From: Pyrinomonadaceae bacterium | GTDB lineage: Bacteria; Acidobacteriota; Blastocatellia; Pyrinomonadales; Pyrinomonadaceae | Direction of reading: 5' to 3' | DNA: 36,630 nt | Assembly: GCA_046595575.1 (NCBI GenBank) | Contig: JBKJOR010000048.1 | Location: 1 to 36,630, forward strand | Shown: piece by piece, positions 15,920 to 25,771 of the stretch | Layout: each line of letters begins with the position of its first letter | Position numbering within the stretch: the stretch's first letter is position 1 | Translations under genes and position numbers: made by a program | The notes under the pieces: generated by a model | Told to the model about the DNA's origin: nothing | The model's input: only the letters and a program-made list of their open reading frames with translations | Database searches by the model: none

Positions 15920-17551
15920 TTATTCGGTGATCGTGAACTTACCCTTGTTCTCCACGATCTGTCCGCCGACTCGATCCTTGGTAATGACTTTGATCTCGTA
16001 ATCACCAAGCGGCATCATGTCGGTCGGTAAAAGACGTGCAAGCGTCAAACGCTGACCCGAGTCGCTTAGCCCGCTCCAATCTTCAGGCTGTCGCAGCACT
16101 TCTTTACCATCCTTCATCAGGACGTACTCAACATCGACGGCTGGACGAAGCGTTGTCTGGTCGATGCCTGCGTTGTAAACCTGCAGGTAAATCCCAACTT
16201 CCTGCCCCTTCTTGTAGGTGCCGGCGAGATTGGGAATAACCTTCGCGTTACCGATCACGAACGAAGCACCTATGTCGGCTTCGCTAGTAGCCCTAAGTTT
16301 CGAGGCAAGGATCAGGGATGAAGTGGACAGCTTCTTCTCGTCATAACGCGGAACGGTAAAGCCCATGTTCCGCAGTCCGCGATTTCCTGTCTCGACGTCA
16401 CGCACTACAACATCGACCTTGTACGTGCCCGGAGTCAGAGCGACAGCTTTCTGATAGACAGATTTCTTATCACGGAGATCGGCCAGCTCGATCGAGGTCG
16501 CAGTAGTCGTCACTGAGTCCTCGAAAATGCCGGAACGCTTACCGGACACGGCGGTGATCCGCCCGAAAATATTTAACTTGGCTTGTTCGAGGCCTCCGGA
16601 GTTTTTGAACTGCAATTCCTTGTTGTCCGTTTGTACGGTAAACGTTGCAATTACACGATCATCCGACTGACGGAAGAAATCGATCCGAAGGTCGAAGTCG
16701 AGCGGATTGTTGTCAAGTATCGCTTCACTGGAAGTAATGCCCGCAAGATCGCTAAATTTTACCGACGGTGGACGCTGAAGGTTAGTTATTATTTCCAACT
16801 TGCGGAAAGGCGAGTCCTGCTCGCGCTGGAAATGCTGCGTGTTAACGCCGGAAATTCGGTCCGATTTACTTGAAAGACCTAGCTGCTCGGCCGTTGTCAG
16901 ACCCGCACCAGGCGTAAATTTAAGAGCGTCTTTTTCATGAGCGTCGCGTGCCAGACGGTATTCACCCGTGCCGGTAGGATCCACGAACTCGATTTCTAAG
17001 CCGTCGCCGACGCCATCAAGATGTCGGTACCACCAGATCTCGAAAGGATACGTCGTCGTCGAGCCGCCGCCTTCGTAGCTGGGTCGATCGTATGCTCCGC
17101 CGGACGGATGGGATTCGATTGAATCCGGCTTGCCCCACGCAATATATATACGCCCTCGATCGGTCTTCCATCCGGGAATTCCTGAGCTGTAGTGCTCGTT
17201 CGAATAAGCGATACGCTCGTAATATTCCTCGCGATATTCGTTCTCTTCGGTGTCGGGATTCGGATCTCGGCGGCGCCAGAAGTTCTCGATGAAGTTTTCG
17301 CGCTCCTCGTCTGTCGTCAAAGCCTGGAATGCGCGGCGCTCATCCTTCGTGATGATGTAGGCGACGTCGGTACTTAGCCAGCGTTTATAGGCCTCTTTAA
17401 CCTCCGGCTTTACCTTCCGTACATTGGTCGACGGGTCAACACTCGGCTTGTCTCTGTCCTTCTCTGGCGGCTGGGAGAAGGCAGTTATCGTTGCGAGACT
17501 AAATATGAATAGTGTCAGTGCAAAATTCTTACCAAATTTTACTGATGACAT
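15920..17551 (-). CDS. GWxTD domain-containing secreted protein
   Basis: Signal peptide MSSVKFGKNFALTLFIFSLATITAFSQ. Literal GWKTDRGRIYIAWGKPD motif preceded by FWRRRDPNPDT. Confidence 0.85.
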   Translation of the reverse strand: MSSVKFGKNFALTLFIFSLATITAFSQPPEKDRDKPSVDPSTNVRKVKPEVKEAYKRWLSTDVAYIITKDERRAFQALTTDEERENFIENFWRRRDPNPDTEENEYREEYYERIAYSNEHYSSGIPGWKTDRGRIYIAWGKPDSIESHPSGGAYDRPSYEGGGSTTTYPFEIWWYRHLDGVGDGLEIEFVDPTGTGEYRLARDAHEKDALKFTPGAGLTTAEQLGLSSKSDRISGVNTQHFQREQDSPFRKLEIITNLQRPPSVKFSDLAGITSSEAILDNNPLDFDLRIDFFRQSDDRVIATFTVQTDNKELQFKNSGGLEQAKLNIFGRITAVSGKRSGIFEDSVTTTATSIELADLRDKKSVYQKAVALTPGTYKVDVVVRDVETGNRGLRNMGFTVPRYDEKKLSTSSLILASKLRATSEADIGASFVIGNAKVIPNLAGTYKKGQEVGIYLQVYNAGIDQTTLRPAVDVEYVLMKDGKEVLRQPEDWSGLSDSGQRLTLARLLPTDMMPLGDYEIKVITKDRVGGQIVENKGKFTITE

Positions 17552-17687
17552 AGTTGTAAAACTCCTTATCTTTCAAGGCCGAGATGCGTGGCTGATATCG
17601 ATTCCAGCTTCTAATCTTAAAGATTTTAGACAGATATGCCTAATTGTTCAAGATGCTCCGATCAGGGAGTCAGGTTGCTCCATGCCG

Positions 17688-18746
17688 TTACGCAGGTACG
17701 TCCGGCTGGCGCTTTTTGCCAAAAAACCAGGCGATCCCGATCGAAACGGCATAAAGGACCATCATCGGGGCCGCGAAAAGCATCATGTTTGGAATATCAC
17801 CGGTCGGCGACACGAGAGCGGCGACAATCAGTATGATGACGATCGCCAGCTTCCAACTCCGCAGTAGCAAGCCTGGGGAAATTATGCCGATACGAGCGAG
17901 AACGTAAGTTACTGCTGGCATTTGAAAGATTATCCCCATCGCCAGCATGATGAGCGTAATAAAGTCGAAATAATCGGTGGCTCGAAGCAGCAGCCGAAAA
18001 TCTTCGCCCAAGCTGAGCAGGTACCGTACGGCCGGTGGAAACAGGATGTAGTAAGCGAATGCCGCACCGACGACAAAAGATATCGACGAGAGAAGGATGA
18101 ACGGCGTGACATAGGCTCGCTCGTGTTTATATAAGGCGGGCGATATGAATCCCCAGACCTGCAGCAGCAGAAGTGGGATCGAAAGCGCTATCGCTGCGTA
18201 AAGCGAGACCGTGACGTAAAGAGTGAAAGACTCGGGCGCCGTGGTGACTATAAGCCGCTCGTCCGCAGTCGGCTCGCCCTGGTCCGCGCCCGTCAGGTCG
18301 ACGGGCAAGCGAACTCCCTGCGGAATTAATCCATTATTTGTAACGATCGCCTCTGCAGTAAAAACGCCGGAGATACCTTCGAGATCCTTTCCGACGACAG
18401 CCTCGACGGAAGTTCCTGGGGCGATCACACTCGGACCAAGCTTTGTCGCCCGATCAAAAACGTAAAGCCCCTTTTGACCCTCTTTCAGCTCCGACAAAGG
18501 AAGGATCTTCTCGTCGCCTGTCACACCTTTAACCGGCAGGTCACGCCGTTCGGCGTCGGAAAGTGCACGGCGGATCGGAACGGAAAGAAAGTCGAAGATA
18601 CGATCCGAAACATAAAAGCAGACGACAAATGCCAGGACGACGATGATCACCGAATTCACGAGCCGCTTTCGAAGTTCGTCGAGGTGGTCGAGAAACGACA
18701 TCTGGCCGCCGCGTTCCTGGAGTTCGTTGTCTTCGGTTCCGTCCAT
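17688..18746 (-). CDS. tatC: Twin-arginine translocase subunit TatC with enlarged first periplasmic loop
   Basis: MSFLDHLDELRKRL signature and six hydrophobic helices. About 120 aa separate TM1 and TM2, where I recall ~35 aa in E. coli TatC. Confidence 0.9.
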   Translation of the reverse strand: MDGTEDNELQERGGQMSFLDHLDELRKRLVNSVIIVVLAFVVCFYVSDRIFDFLSVPIRRALSDAERRDLPVKGVTGDEKILPLSELKEGQKGLYVFDRATKLGPSVIAPGTSVEAVVGKDLEGISGVFTAEAIVTNNGLIPQGVRLPVDLTGADQGEPTADERLIVTTAPESFTLYVTVSLYAAIALSIPLLLLQVWGFISPALYKHERAYVTPFILLSSISFVVGAAFAYYILFPPAVRYLLSLGEDFRLLLRATDYFDFITLIMLAMGIIFQMPAVTYVLARIGIISPGLLLRSWKLAIVIILIVAALVSPTGDIPNMMLFAAPMMVLYAVSIGIAWFFGKKRQPDVPA

Positions 18747-18749
18747 CGT

Positions 18750-19163
18750 TTAGAGCCAATTGCGCTTGTCGGAGAGATCATCCTCGGACGACGGCGTAGC
18801 GTCGGCAACCGCTGTAGTCGCTTCGTTTGTAGTCGCTTCGTCGCTGACATCGCTGAAGAGATCTGTCTGCACCGGTGTGACACTGGGCGGCGCTATGGAG
18901 TTGGTGTCTTCGCCGACGGGGTTGCCGCGAGGAATAGGCCCCGGCAGATCTCCGGTACGTAGAGCGCTTACCTCTTCTTCGAAATCGACCTCGCGCTGCC
19001 AGGTTGATTTGAATTCGTTTGTCGTGTTCCGAAAGTCTGCGATCGTCTTGCCAATGGTCTTAGCTATTTGAGGAAGCTTGCGAGGCCCCAGAAAGATGAG
19101 CGCGATAATGCCAATTAGAATTAGCTCCGACGTTCCGATGGATTCAAGAATAAATAGAAACAC
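18750..19163 (-). CDS. tatB: TatA/TatB-family translocase subunit (TatB-like LGPRKLP hinge, long acidic tail)
   Basis: SELILIGIIALIFLGPRKLPQIAKTIGKTIADFRN. 3-nt gap to tatC. Confidence 0.8.
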   Translation of the reverse strand: MFLFILESIGTSELILIGIIALIFLGPRKLPQIAKTIGKTIADFRNTTNEFKSTWQREVDFEEEVSALRTGDLPGPIPRGNPVGEDTNSIAPPSVTPVQTDLFSDVSDEATTNEATTAVADATPSSEDDLSDKRNWL

Positions 19164-19177
19164 GATGATTGATACTA

Positions 19178-20197
19178 CTAGATGACCTCGATCAGCTTCT
19201 CGCTGCGTGTCCGAACGCGACCTATACGCCTCGAGCCAGGGACCAGGTCCATGAACGGGTCTGCCTTATCGGCGGAAATACTTATCAATAAGCCCCCGGC
19301 TGTCTGAGGATCAAACAAGGCGCTCTGCATATCCGGACCGACGCTCGTCGCAAAGCGGACGGTTTCACCAACGTATACGCGGTTGTTTATATCACCTCGA
19401 GTCAGCATTCCCTGCGATATAAGTTCAATTACATCTGGAAGAAGCGGTACCGTCTCCGACTCCAATTCCAGGGTCACGTTACTAGCCTTAGCAAGTTCGT
19501 ATGCATGCCCAAGTAATCCGAACCCGGTTACGTCGGTGCACGCATTTGCGCCGAGCTCTCTCATTATCCGCGATGCCGATGCGGCCGACGTCGTCATTGC
19601 AGTGATAGCCGCGTCGACCGTCCCAGTCCGTGCAACGCCCTTTTTGACGGCCGTGTTGATCGCTCCAGTTCCGATCGCCTTCGTTAAAATTAAAAAGTCG
19701 CCGGGCTGGGCACCGGCATTCGTAATGACCTCATCCGGATTTATCACGCCCGTTACAGCGTAACCGAATTTCATTTCCTGGTCGTCGACGGAGTGCCCTC
19801 CGATAACTACGACATTGTCGGCATTCATCGCTGCCTGACCGCCCGCGAGAATTTCGGCAAGAATATCCCAGTCCCCTTTCTGGGGATAACATACTATAGA
19901 TAAAGCGGTTAACGGTGTGCCGCCCATTGCATAGACATCGTTCAAGGAGTTGATCGCGGCGACCTGGCCATAAACGAACGGGTCATCCGCCACCGGCGTA
20001 AAAAAGTCAACGGTCTGTACAAGCGCCGTATCTGCCGAAAGGCGAAAGACTCCCGCGTCGTCAGCGGTATCAAATCCGACGATAACATTTGCACTATTTT
20101 GTTTTGGAAGTCGGCTCAAAACTTGAGCCAGGTCGCCCGGTGCGAGTTTAGCCACTCAACCAGCACAGGAAACCATTTCCGTAAGCCTTTGCTTCAC
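19178..20197 (-). CDS. selD: Selenide, water dikinase SelD, predicted selenoprotein (in-frame UGA at 20156-20158)
   Basis: GTG at 20197 lies 6 nt after GGAGG (20204-20208). It encodes VKQRLTEMVSCAG-U-VAKLAPGDLAQVL, which aligns with the E. coli GAGC(17)GCK(20) active-site loop (U at the Cys17 position, Lys three residues later). The ORF track splits this gene at the TGA. Confidence 0.85.
20113..20129 (-). promoter_or_regulatory. Candidate bacterial SECIS hairpin downstream of the selD UGA
   Basis: In the mRNA, GGCUCAA-GUU-UUGAGCC forms a 7-bp stem. The loop starts with G and lies 33 nt after the UGA, inside the 16-37 nt window I recall for bacterial SECIS models. Confidence 0.45.
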
Positions 20198-20207
20198 GAT
20201 TCTCCTC

Positions 20208-21062
20208 CTATTCGATGATCGTCTGGTAGATTCGGTCGAGATCTTGTTGATTGTAGTACTCGATCTCAAGCCTGCCGCCCGTCCCGCCGAGATTCGGGAC
20301 AATTCGTACTCCCGTGCCAAGTCGTCGTCGCAACTTAGTCTCAGCGGCCGCAAAGTTTGGATCCTCCTCAGAATCTTTGGGCTTGCCGAGAATACTTTTT
20401 TTCCGGGGCTGTCCTGTACTCCGGACTATTCGTTCGGTTTCCCGTACCGAGAGTGTTTTCTCAATTATGGACCGGGCGACCCTTCGTTGAACCGAAATGT
20501 CATCGGTCAATAGGAGGGCGCGTCCGTGCCCGGCTGACAGCTTTGCCTCCTCGATGAGCTTTTGAATGTCGTCCGGAAGCTTAAGAAGTCGTAGCGACGT
20601 GGCTATAAGTGTCCGGTCGCGACCAACGCTCTGTGCCACCGCCTCCTGAGTAAGTCCTATGTTGTCAATAAGTTTACGGTAGGCGTTTGCTTCCTCAATC
20701 GGATTCAGTTCCTCACGCTGAATGTTCTCGATCAGGGCTAGTTCAAGAAGTTTATCGTCGGAGACCTCACGCACCGCCGCCGGTATCTTTCGTAATCCGG
20801 CACGCTGGGCCGCTCTCCACCGGCGCTCGCCCGCAACGATCTCAAACTGACTTCCTTGCGGTCGCACGACGATCGGCTGCACGACCCCATTCGCGCGTAT
20901 CGACTGGGCCAGGTTTTCGAGCGCCGCTTCCGTGAAGCGAGTCCGCGGCTGATCCGGGTTGGGCCGTATAAGCTCAATGTCAATCTCGTTTATGTTCGAA
21001 TGTGTTGCCTGGTCGTCACCAAGTAATGCGCTCAGTCCTCGACCCAATGATTGTCTAGCCAT
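20208..21062 (-). CDS. parB: Chromosome partitioning protein ParB/Spo0J
   Basis: LGRGLSALL, IRPNPDQPR, QPIVVRP..FEIVAGERRWRAA, and the HTH region LTQEAVAQSVGRDRTLIATSLRLLKLP. Confidence 0.92.
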   Translation of the reverse strand: MARQSLGRGLSALLGDDQATHSNINEIDIELIRPNPDQPRTRFTEAALENLAQSIRANGVVQPIVVRPQGSQFEIVAGERRWRAAQRAGLRKIPAAVREVSDDKLLELALIENIQREELNPIEEANAYRKLIDNIGLTQEAVAQSVGRDRTLIATSLRLLKLPDDIQKLIEEAKLSAGHGRALLLTDDISVQRRVARSIIEKTLSVRETERIVRSTGQPRKKSILGKPKDSEEDPNFAAAETKLRRRLGTGVRIVPNLGGTGGRLEIEYYNQQDLDRIYQTIIE

Positions 21063-21816
21063 GGCTCAGGATCTCCTTTGCAAGTTCGGTATAACTCACT
21101 GCTCCCCTTGATTTAGGATCGTATAGTGCGATCGGCTTCCCAAAACTGGGAGCCTCCGCTAAGCGGACATTTCGAGGTATTACGGTCTGAAATACTTGTG
21201 ATCCGTAAAAATCCCTGAGGTCCTTTGCTACTGCCGACGAGAGATTGGTGCGTTCATCATACATCGTTAATAGAAGACCTTCGATGGAAAGGGCCGGGTT
21301 CAGTTCCCTCTTAAGCCTTGCGAGCGTTTCAAATAGTTCTGCTACTCCTTCCAACGCAAAGTATTCGCATTGGATCGGGACGATCAAAGAATCAGCAGCT
21401 GTCAATCCGTTTACCGTCAGAATTCCCAAACTGGGTGGGCAATCAATAAGAATGTAGTGAAAATACTCCCGTACGGCGCTAAGAAGCTTAGTGAGAACGT
21501 GGGCTCGGTCTTGAGTCTCGGCGAACTCTATCTCGATACCTGCCAAATTTTTGTCGGACGGGGCGACCCAAAGTGTTGCGATCTCGGTAGGAAGCACAAT
21601 ATCTTTGATAGATACTCCAGATATCATCGCGTCATACAGGGATCGTCGACCTGAAACGCGGGCAATTCCAGCTCCCGATGTCGCGTTTCCCTGTGGATCG
21701 GCGTCAACCAGAAGAACCTTTTTATTCTCCGCGGCGATGCCGGCTGCAAGGTTAATCGCGGTCGTAGTCTTACCGACGCCGCCCTTTTGGTTAGCAACGG
21801 CCATGATCTTTCCCAT
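21055..21816 (-). CDS. parA: Chromosome partitioning ATPase ParA/Soj
   Basis: Deviant Walker A box NQKGGVGKTTTAINLA, and LLVDADPQGN. 8-nt overlap with parB. Confidence 0.92.
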   Translation of the reverse strand: MGKIMAVANQKGGVGKTTTAINLAAGIAAENKKVLLVDADPQGNATSGAGIARVSGRRSLYDAMISGVSIKDIVLPTEIATLWVAPSDKNLAGIEIEFAETQDRAHVLTKLLSAVREYFHYILIDCPPSLGILTVNGLTAADSLIVPIQCEYFALEGVAELFETLARLKRELNPALSIEGLLLTMYDERTNLSSAVAKDLRDFYGSQVFQTVIPRNVRLAEAPSFGKPIALYDPKSRGAVSYTELAKEILSHG

Positions 21817-21874
21817 ATACAGGTGTTTGAAGTCAGGGCGTAATCACATTAACTGGCTGACTCCGAATATACGT

Positions 21875-21888
21875 GTGGAACGTTCCAC
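21875..21888. other. Perfect 14-bp palindrome GTGGAACGTTCCAC between mnmG and parA
   Basis: Each half is one mismatch from a parS half-site (GTGAAAC / GTTTCAC), but the halves are in everted order. There is no T-tract, so it is not an intrinsic terminator. Confidence 0.3.
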
Positions 21889-21895
21889 TATTTAG

Positions 21896-23788
21896 TTAAC
21901 TGCGAGCTGGAAGTTGAGGTGCGCTCTCGGCTGAAAGGTGCACAAGAACCGCAGATATCGCCGCCGGCGTCAGGCCGCTGATATTGCGTAGCTGCCCGAA
22001 GCTCCGCGGGCGAGCTCGCTCAAGACGCTCAACCATCTCGGTTGATAATCCGCCGATTGTTCGAAAGTGGAAATTATCTGGAACCCTCAAATTATCATGG
22101 TGATTCACACGCTCCGTGGCGATGTTCTGTTTTGCAATGTATCCGCTATAGAGCGAGTCAGCCAAGGCAGTCTCCAAATCACCGCTTCTTACGACGTTTT
22201 GCACTGGCTGAGGTAACAAACGCCGAATCAGTTCCGGGCCCACGCCCTGTCTCATGGCAAGCTGAGATAGAGTTATTGAATCACCCAGGTCTACGCCGAG
22301 TACTTTCGCAAGACCGGCGTATTCAGCGGAGGACCGCTTGAATCGCGTGCTATCCAACGCATTCCTTGCACTGGCAATTCGATCGCGCCTGTTATTGAAT
22401 CGGTCCCAATCGGAATCTTGTAATAGACCAGCAGCCCTCCCGCGCGGACTCAGACGCTGATCGGCATTGTCATGACGGAGTGTCAGGCGAGCCTCCGCCC
22501 GCGATGTGAATAACCGGTACGGCTCGTCTACGCCGTGCCGGATGAGATCGTCGATCAGGACCCCAATATAAGCTTCTTCGCGACTAAGGACAAAGCCTTC
22601 GCGCCCTTGGACTAAAAATGCCGCATTAATACCGGCGATCAATCCTTGGCACGCAGCTTCTTCGTAACCCGTCGTCCCGTTTATCTGCCCTGCGAGAAAT
22701 AAGCCATTCAAACGCGTAGATTCTAGCGTAGGGCGAAGTTCACGAGGATCGACGAAATCATATTCTATCGCATAGCCGGGCCGGATTATCTGCACGCCTT
22801 TGAAACCGGGAATCATCTGCAGCAACTCCTGCTGAAGGGCAGAGGGTAAAGAGGTAGAGAATCCGTTCAAGTAAACCTCGTTGGTATTATGCCCCTCGGG
22901 TTCAAGGAATAGCTGGTGTCGATCCTTTTCAGCGAATTTTACGACCTTATCCTCAATAGACGGACAGTAACGAGGACCGATGCCTTTGATCTTTCCAGAG
23001 TAAAGTGGTGATTGGCAAAGGTTTGCCCGGATAGACGCGTGAACATCCTCCGTCGTGTAGCCGATAAAGCATTGAATCTGCGGTTGTTCTAGCCGCTCAG
23101 TTGCGAATGAGAAAGCAACAGGCTTTTCGTCGGGTGGCTGAGCTTCGAATGCATCCCAATCGATCGTCCGCCCATCCAGTCGCGGAGGCGTCCCGGTTTT
23201 CAGGCGACCGACGGGAAATCCATAGCTCTTTAAACTCTCCGCCAGTTCGACTGAAGCCGGTTCGCCCGCACGCCCCGCCGAGAAAGTCCGGTTGCCGGTG
23301 TGAATCATTCCATTGAGAAATGTCCCAGCCGCGATGATGATGGCCTTGGCTCCGAAGCGGCGTGTATCTTGAAGTTCCAGACCTATAAGATCTTTTCCTT
23401 CAACGATTAAGTCAATTACCAGGCCTTGTCGTAAGTGCAGATTCGGCGTGGCCTCGAGGACTCGGCGCATTTCCGTCCGATATAGGCTTCGATCGGCTTG
23501 AGCCCTCGGGGATTGGACCGCAGGCCCACGCGAGCGGTTCAAGAGGCGGAACTGGATACCCGTTCTATCAATGACCCGCCCCATGATCCCTCCCAGAGCG
23601 TCGATCTCGCGAACGACGTGACCCTTGGCGATACCACCGACCGCCGGATTGCATGACATTTGACCGATCAGGTCGAGATTTAGCGTAACGAGCGCGGTCT
23701 CGGATCCGAGGCGAGCGGCGGCAGAGGCCGCCTCGCATCCCGCGTGCCCTGCTCCGATCACGATCACATCAAAACTTTCGTCGAACAT
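21896..23788 (-). CDS. mnmG: tRNA uridine 5-carboxymethylaminomethyl modification enzyme MnmG (GidA)
   Basis: [16 protein letters not shown], and family-wide similarity over the full 630 aa. Confidence 0.95.
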   Translation of the reverse strand: MFDESFDVIVIGAGHAGCEAASAAARLGSETALVTLNLDLIGQMSCNPAVGGIAKGHVVREIDALGGIMGRVIDRTGIQFRLLNRSRGPAVQSPRAQADRSLYRTEMRRVLEATPNLHLRQGLVIDLIVEGKDLIGLELQDTRRFGAKAIIIAAGTFLNGMIHTGNRTFSAGRAGEPASVELAESLKSYGFPVGRLKTGTPPRLDGRTIDWDAFEAQPPDEKPVAFSFATERLEQPQIQCFIGYTTEDVHASIRANLCQSPLYSGKIKGIGPRYCPSIEDKVVKFAEKDRHQLFLEPEGHNTNEVYLNGFSTSLPSALQQELLQMIPGFKGVQIIRPGYAIEYDFVDPRELRPTLESTRLNGLFLAGQINGTTGYEEAACQGLIAGINAAFLVQGREGFVLSREEAYIGVLIDDLIRHGVDEPYRLFTSRAEARLTLRHDNADQRLSPRGRAAGLLQDSDWDRFNNRRDRIASARNALDSTRFKRSSAEYAGLAKVLGVDLGDSITLSQLAMRQGVGPELIRRLLPQPVQNVVRSGDLETALADSLYSGYIAKQNIATERVNHHDNLRVPDNFHFRTIGGLSTEMVERLERARPRSFGQLRNISGLTPAAISAVLVHLSAESAPQLPARS

Positions 23789-23863
23789 ACTTCCGTTACG
23801 AAGTTTTAGATTGTATTAGAGTGCAAAACGTTTTGCCAACTTTCGTTGAAGTGATGACGGCGG

Positions 23864-25243
23864 CTACTTCCCGATGCAAAAAGTAGAAAATATACGGGTG
23901 AGCATGTCTTCGGTAGTCGTCTCGCCCGTGATTTGACCGAGAGCTCGCAAGGCGTTATGAAGCCCAACCAGGACAATCTCTTCGCTAGCTTTCTGATCAA
24001 GCAAGTCGATCGACTCGTTGATCTCGGCGTTGGCACGAACAAGCAGGTCGTGATGCCGGGCATCCGAAACCAAGAAACTACCTTCGTCGTTCTCGTTATG
24101 ATCGAATGGTTCGATCATTGCCCGCTGCAAATCGCCAAGTCCCTCTCCGGTCTTAGCAGACATTCTCACAACCATCGGCGTCGGATCAGCAATCCCTTCT
24201 TTCAACGCAGCTATTAGAAGCTCAAGCCGCCGTCTATCGACCTTGTCGGTTTTGTTCACGGCGATGAAGTGACGCGTCCGCTCAACCGAACGGAGGATCG
24301 CCAGATCCTCTTCACCGGGATCTTCGGAAGCGTCGAGCACGGCAATCACCAGATCGGCGTCAGCAATTGTTTGCTTTGAGCGCTCAACGCCAATGCTCTC
24401 AACCACGTCGACCGTATCGCGCAGACCCGCCGTATCGATTAGTGATACCGGAATATCGCCGATCGAAAATCTCTCATGGAGTTGGTCACGAGTCGTTCCG
24501 GCAACTTCAGTTACGATTGCTCGCTCGCTGCCTAGAAGCGCATTGAAGATACTAGATTTTCCAACATTCGGACGCCCAACGATCGCAACGCGGATCCCCT
24601 CGCGAACGAGTTTACCGGCCTTAAATGTCGAAGCGATTGTCGAGATCGCCTGACCGATCGCCACGAGCCTTTCGCAAATTTCGTTCGTCTCGGATGCGGG
24701 CAGATCGTCCTCAACGAATTCCAGTGCCGATTCGAGAATGACAATGATGTCGAGCAACTCATCCTTGATCGGCTGCAGCCGATGCGAGAATTCACCTTGC
24801 ATCTGCCTCATCGCCTGACGCGCAGCGGCAACGGTTTGGGCGTTGATAAGATCACGAACCGCCTCTACTTCGGCGAGATTCATCCGACCGTTCGCCAGAG
24901 CACGAAGGCTAAACTCGCCCGCGTTGGCCATTCTGGCACCGAGGCTAAGACACCTATCGATCACTTGACGAATCAGGACCGGCGAACCATGGCAGCTGAT
25001 CTCGACAATATCTTCGCCGGTGAACGAGTGGGGCTTTGCAAAGTATGTAACAAGGGCCTCGTCGATCGGCTCCGACTGAGCATTGTCGCGGAGATATTTG
25101 AGATAAGCTACACGCGGATCCGGAGCAAACAATTCTTCTGAGACGATTTCTCTCGCGATCGAAAGCGCATCATCTCCGCTCAGGCGAATGACGCCGATAC
25201 CGCTTCTACCCAACGGCGTAGCAAGTGCGACAATTGTATTCAC
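23864..25243 (-). CDS. mnmE: tRNA modification GTPase MnmE (TrmE)
   Basis: TIVALATP start, G-domain GRPNVGKSS / DTAGLR / NKTD, and the C-terminal FCIGK. Confidence 0.95.
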   Translation of the reverse strand: MNTIVALATPLGRSGIGVIRLSGDDALSIAREIVSEELFAPDPRVAYLKYLRDNAQSEPIDEALVTYFAKPHSFTGEDIVEISCHGSPVLIRQVIDRCLSLGARMANAGEFSLRALANGRMNLAEVEAVRDLINAQTVAAARQAMRQMQGEFSHRLQPIKDELLDIIVILESALEFVEDDLPASETNEICERLVAIGQAISTIASTFKAGKLVREGIRVAIVGRPNVGKSSIFNALLGSERAIVTEVAGTTRDQLHERFSIGDIPVSLIDTAGLRDTVDVVESIGVERSKQTIADADLVIAVLDASEDPGEEDLAILRSVERTRHFIAVNKTDKVDRRRLELLIAALKEGIADPTPMVVRMSAKTGEGLGDLQRAMIEPFDHNENDEGSFLVSDARHHDLLVRANAEINESIDLLDQKASEEIVLVGLHNALRALGQITGETTTEDMLTRIFSTFCIGK

Positions 25244-25261
25244 CGATACATTTCATCACAC

Positions 25262-25294
25262 AGAAAGAAAAAGAGCACAGATGATCCGTGCTCT
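25262..25294 (-). terminator. Rho-independent terminator candidate after jag
   Basis: On the minus strand, agagcac-ggatcatct-gtgctct (7-bp stem) is followed by ttttctttct. Confidence 0.5.
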
Positions 25295-25318
25295 CAATAT
25301 CGCGTAAATGGGCTTTAA

Positions 25319-25768
25319 CTATTTCAGCCGGACCTGAAGGCGACGTTCCCGACCTTCGCCTACCGATTCGGTTACGAGATCCTCGTCTTGCTGAAGTGAC
25401 GTATGGATGATCCGGCGCTCGGTCGAATTGAGAACGCCAAATGTGAATGGCAAGCCGTTCTTTCTGACATGTCCGGCGGCGAATTTTGCCATCGCATGGA
25501 GCTCCGCTTTTCGCGTCTGGCGAAACCCGTCCGCGTCGACAACAAAGCGGTGCTGTCTTTCGAGTTCACGACCAAACGATTGAAAGAGCAGAACCTCGAA
25601 TGCGTCAAGCAGCTCGCCGTTCTCAGCCAACGCAAGGTGAGCGTCTTCGCCATTAAGGTTGAGCAGGCACCCTTCATCCGTCCAGCTCGCCGACACCGTG
25701 AGGTCAAGGCCCATATCAGTTACGATCTCGGCCAAAAATCTTTCTGCATTCTCGCAAGTTTCGTTCAT
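25319..25768 (-). CDS. Jag/KhpB-like RNA-binding protein (KH plus R3H domains)
   Basis: Conserved position after yidC. C-terminal R3H-like region NSTERRIIHTSLQQDEDLVTESVGEGRERRLQV. Confidence 0.8.
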   Translation of the reverse strand: MNETCENAERFLAEIVTDMGLDLTVSASWTDEGCLLNLNGEDAHLALAENGELLDAFEVLLFQSFGRELERQHRFVVDADGFRQTRKAELHAMAKFAAGHVRKNGLPFTFGVLNSTERRIIHTSLQQDEDLVTESVGEGRERRLQVRLK

Positions 25769-25771
25769 ATC

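Noticed and set aside
20156-20353. A 65-aa ORF listed upstream of selD.
   Set aside because: Its last 14 residues (VKQRLTEMVSCAG) are the true SelD N-terminus ending at the Sec-UGA. The rest overlaps the parB 3' end out of frame, so it is not an independent gene.
21875-21888. The palindrome as an intrinsic terminator for mnmG.
   Set aside because: A zero-loop palindrome yields at most a 5-bp stem, and there is no downstream U-tract on the minus strand.
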